DNA of 53,772 bases from Octopus bimaculoides. Its lineage: Eukaryota. Under the pieces are notes generated by a model, which worked only from the letters and a program-made list of their open reading frames with translations, searched no databases and was not told the origin of the DNA. Positions 47,201 to 53,772 of the stretch are shown piece by piece. The stretch covers positions 10,442,458 to 10,496,229 of the forward strand of contig NC_069006.1 of NCBI RefSeq assembly GCF_001194135.2. Direction: 5' to 3'. A program made the translations under genes and the position numbers. The stretch's first letter is position 1, and each line of letters opens with the position of its first letter.

Positions 47201-49415
47201 TACACATCACAGGCTTCTTCCACTTTTCATTCATAATTCCACTTATACACAATAGTGAAATTTCCAGAGGTACACCTCTGGAAATTCCACTATTATTTTC
47301 AAAACTAAGATTTTTGGAAGTTTATAGAGAACCACAAAATGCATAATTCCTTTTGAAATTGTATTTTTACCGAAGCATTTAATCTTAAAGACGGTGTAAA
47401 AGTTGACATAAATATTATTGAAGGTGCAGTCTTAGGAGAGAATGTCTTTGGAAACTACATTCATTGTTGTACACACATTATTACGCATCATTTTTTAACT
47501 TTAAGGTAAGAAACATAAAGTCTTATCTGTAGAACAAAATCAAAACCAGAGTTTATCTATTGTTATTCTGCTACTGGACAACCAAATTAGTGTAGCTTTA
47601 TCAAAGCTCAACATGTTGTGCTACAATCTTATTTTTGGACAGGAAAAAATGATCAGGTGACTTACAAATCTGTCATACATGGGTCTTTGCATAGATAAAG
47701 CAGTGTACATACACATTTATTTTTAACTGTAAAACTCTGAAGTAAATAAAACCCAACAACAACATAGATATTGGGTTAAAAACCCTTTTAGATAGAAAAA
47801 GTCAAAGGCCTTCTACCATTTCTATCCAAGAGGGTTTTGGGGCTTTATATCTAGATGATGCTGTCGGTGGATTTATCCACAAATTATTTCATGTTCTCTC
47901 AAGGTTTCAAAATTCTGATGATGTAAACAATATGTTAAATTGTGATGAATATTTTAAAGCTAGTTTAAGAATAATAGCAGAACATATGCTGACAGTGAGA
48001 GCCAATAATGAGGATAAAATCACATTTATTGCAAAGTTTGTATTCATAAAAGTAGGCAGAAGATTGAAGAGACAAGACGAAAGAGAGAAAAATATAATAT
48101 ATAGGGTGCAAAGGATAAATTGTTGCCATTGTTTTTGTTGACTACACAGTATAGTAGGATCAGTTGGGTACCGTCTGTGAAAAAAACAGCAACATGACAC
48201 AATCCACTCTGCCAAAAATTTGTAAACAGCATGTTGTTGCTTGGCATTCGTGCTGGTAGCTCCAATACGAACATTTCAGAGTGTTTGTGTGTCAATCTGA
48301 GGACATGCACCAAGAGTGATAAAAATCAAACATCCAATCAACATCCTGGTGTTTAGAGTGATCACTAGTGATGGCGACATTATGCCTCTATTCATCTTCC
48401 CACATGACATCAGACTCAACACGGAGGATACATCAAGTGCCTGAAGGAGGTAGTGCTGCCCTGGGTCAAGAGGGTGGCTACTGGAAGACCCTATGTCTGG
48501 CAACAGGACTCTGCACCATGCCACCACACAATCAAGAGAACCCAGACTGCAACCCCCTTGATTATTATGTGTGGGGTGAGAGACCAATAAAACTCCTTGT
48601 AACACCAAAGATGAACTAAAGTTACAGATTATGCCAGCATTCACCAACTTAGACAAGGAGACCGTCCAGAAGAGTTCCAAGAGATTCTGAAATCATCTGG
48701 AGGCCGTGGTTGAAGCCAATGACGATTTTAGTAAATAAATTTACTCTTTAGTATTTCAAGATATTTCTATGTAATTTTGGTAAATATACCTGTTAAAATG
48801 AGATGTCAGTGTTATTTTTATTTTTGCATAATTTAAACAACAGTTTATTCACCACACACTGTATATCTTTAACTTGTTTCAGTCACTGGACTGCAGCCAT
48901 GCTGGGGTACTACCTTGAAGGGTTTAAGCCAAACAAATCTACCCCAGTACTTATACACACAAGGCATTGGCCAGACTGGAGCTTTTGAAGATACTTAGCG
49001 AAGATGCAACACAGTGAGCTTCAGATATATATATATATATATATATATACATACACACTCGTTTGTCCCCACCCACTGCTTGACAACCAGACCGATAGAA
49101 TAAGTAACAAGCTTGGAAAAAAAAAAAGGTAAATGTTGATTTGTTCAACTAAAACCCTTCCAAACAAGTAAACAATAGAAGATAGACACATTTACGCACC
49201 AGTGCCCCAGCATGGCCACAGTCTTTGGGCTGAAACAAATAAAAGAGAGAGAGAAAGAAAAGATATCTTAAACTTACAATATCCAAATTTTCATCATCAG
49301 AATCTGCATCTAAAGTGGAATTGTTACCGAATTCCATGTCTTCGCCATTCTTCTTCCGACGTCTTTTCACATTCAAACTGGCGTCGTCATCGCCAATTCT
49401 CTTCTTTGGAGGCAT
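30428..49415 (-). CDS. RCC2: RCC2/TD-60 (RCC1-repeat beta-propeller), spliced CDS join(49278-49415,46241-46331,44608-44748,42762-42893,41018-41106,39242-39356,37778-37944,35082-35262,33137-33242,31485-31557,30428-30601); 1407 nt, 468 aa
   Basis: All 10 introns are GT-AG and the phases chain without a frameshift (0,1,1,1,0,1,0,1,2,0). Peptides match RCC2 as I recall it: KLEGS..G..L..G.TNW, ACGAEFSM...GNLYSFGCPE.GQLG, FIEKT.DG, KRVF.WGFGGYGRLGH, MYPK.VQDLSGWR.RS, SWGPSPT.GELGYG, QEVKTLDGI. An in-frame TGA at 49461-49463 lies upstream of the ATG. Confidence 0.96.
31133..31358. mobile_element. TTAA-flanked MITE (piggyBac-like ends)
   Basis: ttaaccttttagcatt ... aatgctaaagggttaa. Family members at 34327-34790 (long form), 39490-39720, 41280-41400, 41620-41895, 42335-42540 and 42541-42749. 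Confidence 0.7.
31485..31557 (-). CDS. RCC2: RCC2 coding exon 10 (CNKSIVVAADESVVSWGPSPTYGEL)
   Basis: Acceptor T-run plus gcctgtttccag, donor GTATGT; 73 nt; absent from the ORF track. Confidence 0.95.
31760..31920 (+). mobile_element. Third tRNA-derived SINE family
   Basis: A box tggtgtagtgg (31770-31780), B box ggtttcaattcc (31813-31824). Minus-strand relatives at ~19290-19440, 35860-35990, 43540-43720 and 45040-45150. Confidence 0.65.
32014..32620. repeat. Diverged tandem duplication in RCC2 intron 9 (units ~32014-32287 and ~32388-32620)
   Basis: Both units start acagtaatgtccagaagttgatga, share gagtgagggag.ctatgtgtggtcactcagccag.tagaaactgcagg and end atcgta.tcatcacca. Confidence 0.85.
32321..32376 (-). 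pseudogene. Duplicated 3' part of RCC2 coding exon 9 (pseudo-exon)
   Basis: 53/56 nt identical to 33137-33192. The donor GTCAGTTTACTTTTT is retained and an AG lies immediately 5' (32378-32377). Confidence 0.9.
33137..33242 (-). CDS. RCC2: RCC2 coding exon 9 (GSLYFWGQTKSTGEASMYPKLVQDLSGWRVRSVGC)
   Basis: Acceptor cttgtttgcag, donor GTCAGT; 106 nt, ends in phase 2. Confidence 0.95.
33652..34040 (+). mobile_element. Full-length tRNA-derived SINE with CORE-like centre (possibly OR2-like)
   Basis: A box tggccgtgtgg, B box ggttcagtccc (33705-33715), then cactttgggcaagtgtctt, an internal (TA)/(TG) microsatellite and a tail ending gactgaaacaaataaaagag. More than 12 further copies, e.g. 10405-10790(-), 26110-26440(+), 36765-37030(-), 37415-37680(-), 50934-51290(+). 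The family name is from memory. Confidence 0.85.
35082..35262 (-). CDS. RCC2: RCC2 coding exon 8 (VALDSKKRVFTWGFGGYGRLGHSEPKDEFVPRHLKFFDGPNRGATQIFCGSTFCLAVNEL)
   Basis: Acceptor ttttctgcag, donor GTGAGT; 181 nt. Confidence 0.96.
37778..37944 (-). CDS. RCC2: RCC2 coding exon 7 (GNNSDGKYFVTSNKLSFKCELVPKKLHVFIEKTRDGHVIPVTDVEIRDVCCGLNHT)
   Basis: Acceptor ctttcaacag, donor GTAAGG; 167 nt; RCC2-specific insert region. Confidence 0.96.
38030..38620 (-). mobile_element. Decayed mariner transposase fragment in RCC2 intron 6
   Basis: VENHLHQLG.VWVPYQLVEANL...QWIVYSN and W.NWKGVVFYKFLPTNRTINSD. Confidence 0.7.
39242..39356 (-). CDS. RCC2: RCC2 coding exon 6 (IHYKGPPVRKVACGAEFSMIADIRGNLYSFGCPEHGQL)
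   Basis: Acceptor cttgatacag, donor GTAAGT; 115 nt; absent from the ORF track. Confidence 0.96.
40030..40395 (-). mobile_element. RTE 3'-UTR-derived repeat, reading on the plus strand, with ~65-nt internal subrepeats and a (GAT) tail
   Basis: Plus strand reads tgcctgattggcacc.gtgccagtg, repeated ggcacgtaaaaagcaccattcgag units, then gagtggctggcattaggaagggcatccag; same sequence as the 3' UTR of the RTE at 30-690, in the opposite orientation to it. The strand field gives its relation to the 30-690 copy as written. Other copies at 35585-35860, 38890-39000, 41400-41600, 46625-46830, 50490-50720 and 51350-51530. Confidence 0.7.
41018..41106 (-). CDS. RCC2: RCC2 coding exon 5 (ERGKVYACGDNKMSQLGIGHQSPCVPTPVR)
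   Basis: Acceptor ttttttctag, donor GTGAGT; 89 nt. Confidence 0.94.
42762..42893 (-). CDS. RCC2: RCC2 coding exon 4 (GRNEKGQLGHGNDIRKDIPTVVESLANDVIIDAACGKNHTLFLT)
   Basis: Acceptor cttcgttag, donor GTGAGT; 132 nt; GxNxxGQLG and AACGxNHT motifs. Confidence 0.96.
42995..43431 (-). mobile_element. Full-length CORE-like SINE, inverted relative to 33652-34040
   Basis: Near-consensus copy with an expanded (TA)n, ~100 nt from the exon 4 acceptor. Confidence 0.88.
43892..44054. mobile_element. hAT-type MITE
   Basis: TIRs cagtgcttcccaacc / ggttaaaaaccagtg; 8-bp flanks gtctacac and gtctatat. Confidence 0.65.
44608..44748 (-). CDS. RCC2: RCC2 coding exon 3 (VKNGGGHNLWGPHRIANLCGVRVRTVVSGCTACHCVVITAEGQVMTW)
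   Basis: Acceptor cccacag, donor GTAAGT; 141 nt; RCC1-repeat signature. Confidence 0.95.
45260..45701. mobile_element. hAT (Charlie-like) non-autonomous element
   Basis: TIRs cagtgtttctcaa / ttgagaaacgctg; 8-bp TSD gtataaag and gtataaaa (7/8). Confidence 0.8.
45795..45984. mobile_element. Tc1/mariner-type MITE
   Basis: 24-nt TIRs cagggtggaccaaaagtcatgcac / gtgcataacttttggcccatcctg (21/24), TA on both sides. Confidence 0.85.
46241..46331 (-). CDS. RCC2: RCC2 coding exon 2 (KLEGSLVNGEVLFAGGTNWCMVGRSHLPKG)
   Basis: Acceptor tttatcag at 46332, donor GTCAGT at 46240; 91 nt; absent from the ORF track. Confidence 0.92.
47251..47294. repeat. 44-nt palindrome
   Basis: aatagtgaaatttccagaggt-ac-acctctggaaattccactatt; arms match 20/21. 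Confidence 0.9.
48180..48830 (+). mobile_element. maT/DD37D-like Tc1-mariner remnant with internal deletion, antisense in RCC2 intron
   Basis: SDGDIMPLFIFPHD.RLNT..YIKCLKEVVLPWVKRVATGRPYVWQQDSAPCH, then PDCNPLDYYVWG and NTKDELK...AFTNLDKETVQK...LEAVVEANDDF. Confidence 0.88.
49278..49415 (-). CDS. RCC2: RCC2 coding exon 1 (MPPKKRIGDDDASLNVKRRRKKNGEDMEFGNNSTLDADSDDENLDI)
   Basis: ATG at 49415 in GCAGCAATG context; donor GTAAGT at 49277; two basic NLS-like clusters. A probable acceptor (ctttctcaaag) at 49475 implies a further upstream non-coding exon. Confidence 0.85.
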
Positions 49416-51660
49416 TGCTGCTTTATTCTCCTTCCTCTTTGCAAACTCACCGCTAATTCTTCAGCGCCACAGGTCTTTGAGAAAGAATACAAGGAATAAA
49501 GAAAAAAAACACACATTTTGTTAGATGGAGGATGCCTACCAAATTGATAGAAAATTACACCCAAAGACAAAATTACTCTGGTAAAAGATTCAAACTTGCT
49601 ATCTTCAATTCGGCTTCTGAGCCTATCATCATCCCTGGTCATATATGTTGAGTAATGACCAGAAGTGTACGATCGTGAAAACCAAGTAACCAAAATGGAA
49701 GGATCTCGGGTACAGAACTTGCAGATCAGGGATTTCTCCATGTCACTCTGCTACTTCTCTGCATTTGGAAGTCACAGCTTTGGTATTATGGATGTGATTA
49801 GTCGGGGTCCATATAAGATTGTTTTTTGTTCAAATTTATGCGCAGTAAATTGCTAATACTTCTAAAATACACCAAATATCTTGACAAATTTTTTTTTGGC
49901 AATTCCTAATAATATTTAATTCTAAAAATATGAGATTTTTTGAAACATCAATTAGCTATGAGCGACCAAAAAGGGAGTCGAAGAGGGTCCATAGATAAAA
50001 AAAAAAAAAAAGGCTGAGAACCACTGGATAAGACTGTCGTAGGAAAGAACCCCAAGACAACTTGTAGATCTAGAGGGGTAGACCAAGAAAGAGATACATG
50101 ATCGGATAACATCCATAATCTCTGTCACTCTTGAGAATCCAGCCACAAGGCTTCTGTTAGAAAACTACGGAGGTGATGACTCTACCCACCACGTCCCACC
50201 TCGGAATAATGGACAAAGATGGATATACACACACACATATATATATACAGACGCTAATATTGAACAGTGGGAATGAGTACTCAACATCGCATTGGCGGAT
50301 AAATGATTTCTTTATTTGTGGGTGAACAAAGATGGAGACAAGCACCAACTCCCCATGTAACAGGCGAGATAATTACGGAGATTTCTCTCGGCATAAAACC
50401 AAGGGAAGCCTTGTTGACCCAGAAATAAAGTGTGTATGTGGGTGCATGTATGTATGTACCTAATGTGTGTGTCAATCATCACTAAATCATTTCAACATCC
50501 ACTTTCTCATGCTCGCCAAGATCAGGTGAAATCTGGTGCGGCAGATTTTCTAAGGTCGGATGCTCTCCCTGTCACCAGCCCGTAGGCCTTGAAACACGAA
50601 GAGCACAATGCTGGGCATGTTTTCACAAAAGATTGCAAGTGAACAACACCGCCTATATGACGGTAGCATTTGTTTACCAGTAGGGAGCAGTGACGATGCC
50701 AAGAAACATGAATATACACACGTGCAGAGGTGACCAGCTTCTTTCAGGTTCTGCTAACCAAATACACAAGGCATTTCGTTAGCCCAGCTGCACAGTGGGA
50801 TCGAACCCAAAACAATTTGGTTGAGAAACAAACTACTAAAAAAGACGCCGCCATAGTTAGCTTGAAGCATTGTAGTATAGAGGTAGAAAAGGGAAATAAC
50901 AATGCAGAATGTTTTACATATATAGAAATTTTGGTGCAGGCGTGGCTGTGCGGTAAAAAGCTTGCTTCCCAACCACATGGACCCGGGTTCGGTCCTACTG
51001 CGTGGCACCTAGGGCAAGTGTCTTCTACTATAGCCTCGGACCGACCAAAGCCTTATGAGTGGATTTGGTAGACGGAAACTGAAAGATGCCCGTCGTATAT
51101 ATATAGTGTTTGTCCCGCATCACTGCTTGACAACCGGTGTTGGTGTGTTTACGTCCCTATAAGATAAGCGGTTTGACGAAAGTGACCAATGAAATAAGTA
51201 CCAGGCTTTAAAAAAGCCATGGGATCGATTTGTTCGGTTAAAACCACCCAAGACGGTGCTCCAGCATGGCTGCAGTCAAATTACTGAAACAAGATATCTA
51301 TCTATCTATCTNNNNNNNNNNNNNNNNNNNNNNNNNNNNNNNNNNNNNNNNNNATATATATGGCACATAAAAGGTAGCCGTATCGGTGACACAATTAGGA
51401 AGGGAATCCAGCCATAGAAGAAACCAAAGGAAAACAGACGACTGGAGTCTGATGCAGTTCTCCGGGTTATCAGCTGCGGGCAAAGCGTCTAACCCATGCC
51501 AGCATAGAAAACGTTAAATGACGATGACGATAATAGAAGCACGTACATGTATAGAACCAAATCTGTGATGATATACAAACAATACATAAAACATAAATAC
51601 ATATACAAACAGCATAAATGCACACACAAATACATTATACATATGCCATATATATATATG

Positions 51661-51703
<43 letters not shown>

Positions 51704-52372
51704 ACACGCGCACACATGTGTCTTAGTGTGCTTGTCCACCCACCGCTTGACAACCGGTGTTGGTTTGTTTACGTCTCCCTGACTTAGTGGCTTGGCAAAA
51801 GATATCGATAAAATAGGTACTAGACTTGAAAAAGAAAAAAAAAATACTGATGTTCGATTCGTCCGACTAAGCCCTTCAAAGCGATAATACCCCAGCATGG
51901 CCGCAATAAAAGATATCACCAACTCAAACGTGCAGAGGGAGAAAGAGATATCTTTGTGTCTGTGAGTTCTTACAGGGATTGAATTCTTAGTCCAGGACCC
52001 TTTCTCTGAGTAACGCCTGTGTCCCATGTCTAACAAACTGAGAAGTAAATTAAAACCTGCCAATACGATGTCTCTTCTCTCATTTTCCTCCTGTTTCGAT
52101 TTACAATAAAGATTCAAGAAGCCTTAAAATAATTAGAATAATGTTATATATATATATATATATATATATATACCCAAACCGTATGCATAATAGAGACAGA
52201 CAGAATATATAAATTTCTAGTAAAGTTATATATATATAAATAATTGTGTACGCATACATACACAAAGTGTATGGATAAAGGCAGGATGTATGAATCATTG
52301 AAAATGTATACACACTTCAACAAAGCCGAGGCGTGTGTGTATATTATGTGTGTACACTATACACACAAACAC

Positions 52373-52418
<46 letters not shown>

Positions 52419-53772
52419 CAGAGAAAAAAATACAGGTACCCGAGTAAATTAAAATATATATTGCTGGATGTCCGTGTGTCCCGAGTAACATACAAACATA
52501 TACGTTAAACTCTTATAAATATATATATAGATATATAACGAACTTCTTAAATATATACACACTAATACATATCTAACATCAAAACACACACACACACACA
52601 CAAAAAGAAAAACAACGAATTTGGAATAAGTGTTATACACACCGACAAGAGAGCGAGTTTATACGTATGTCTGTCTGTATCCATACATATACATGCCTGT
52701 CCAAGACGAGACCAAGAAAGCTTTGTTAAAAGATTTTTGTGGCGGGAGAAAAGTACCACGACAGCAGCCTGCCTCTTCATCTAAACGCCCCACCATCGTC
52801 CTAGCTCTTAGCTTCATCAATCATTCACTCCCCTTCAGCTCTCTCTCCACTTTTTACCTATCTTTCTGTTCTCCCTTTCCTTCCCCTCTGTAATAACATA
52901 CATCTCTTCCTCTCTCTCGTCACCTATATCTGTCTCTTCCTCTCTCTCTCTTTGAATCTATTACTTTTCTCCTCCCCCTTCCTAACACTCTACGTCTGTC
53001 TAACAAAAATTAACTCTCTCCTTCTCTTCTACCTAACAAGCACTCCCCCCTCTCTCCCTTCTAAGCAATCTTATACTCATTCACTATACCATACTATTCA
53101 CCCGACTTACCCTCTGACCTCTCCTCTATCATATAACCAATACCTCTCCCACGTCGTCTCACCTCTTCAGTCTACCAAGTGTCTCACACTCGTTATCGTC
53201 TAAGCTATCGCTCTCTCCTTATTCAGCCGGTAACTTATGTCTCACTCTCGAGCGAAAGCTATACAAATTCATATTCTCTTGTTAGTCACCCGGTGTGAGT
53301 TTATAATAATAATATTAAAAAAAAAACTTGAAGTATAGGATTCCCCTGTTCTAATTGGACACATCAGAGCAACACATGTATCTATGCCAGTGTGTGTGTG
53401 TGTGATGAGAGGTAGTGATGCAGATAAGCATAATATATAAAAAGAAACAGATACAAATCTATTTACATAGAGCATAAAATAGATATATATTGCTTATATA
53501 TTAAAGATCACCTAAATGAATTCATATATGTACAGATATGTATATAAATATACATATTTACATACAGATAAAGACGCGCATATATATATATATATATATA
53601 CATACACATACAAGCAATATATATATACGTATATACACATATACGTACACACACGTAGGAGTATGTGAAGCAGACAGACAAGGAAACATGAAGATGAATA
53701 CACAATGTACAGACAGGTCGTGGTATATAAAAAAGACAAGGAAATAGACGAAGATACAGATAAACACAAGAC

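Larger units (their letters stand above)
3322..51353. other. Assembly gaps (N-runs): 3322-3421, 7103-7915, 8800-9381, 13384-13570, 19760-20096, 27353-27362, 51312-51353
   Basis: Directly visible; most are bordered by (AT)n or repeats. None falls inside the RCC2 coding span. Confidence 0.99.

Noticed and set aside
49373-49741. 122-aa minus ORF overlapping the RCC2 start
   Set aside because: Different frame from RCC2, crosses the acceptor at 49475, no recognisable protein.

Overview
Eukaryotic, AT-rich, repeat-saturated genomic DNA with 7 assembly gaps. It is most likely a coleoid cephalopod (Octopus-like), inferred from the SINE repertoire and the abundant (AT)n/(AC)n/(AAT)n microsatellites. 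One host gene is well supported: an RCC2/TD-60 orthologue on the minus strand. I reconstructed 11 coding exons (49415 to 30428) with GT-AG boundaries and consistent phases, giving a 1407-nt CDS and a 468-aa protein. The rest is transposon debris: RTE, R4/Dong-type and Penelope retroelements, several mariner/maT relics, hAT, Tc1 and TTAA-flanked MITEs, and three tRNA-derived SINE families. There is no rRNA, true tRNA or CRISPR array. The most interesting observations are four. (1) A duplicated 56-nt piece of RCC2 coding exon 9 has gained an AG and kept its GT, forming a candidate NMD poison exon. (2) Several fold-back elements carry hammerhead-ribozyme-like cores of the Penelope type. (3) About 11 co-oriented SINEs form a head-to-tail train just 3' of RCC2. 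(4) Inverted repeat pairs sit next to RCC2 splice sites. All coordinates and alignments were read by eye; repeat boundaries are approximate.
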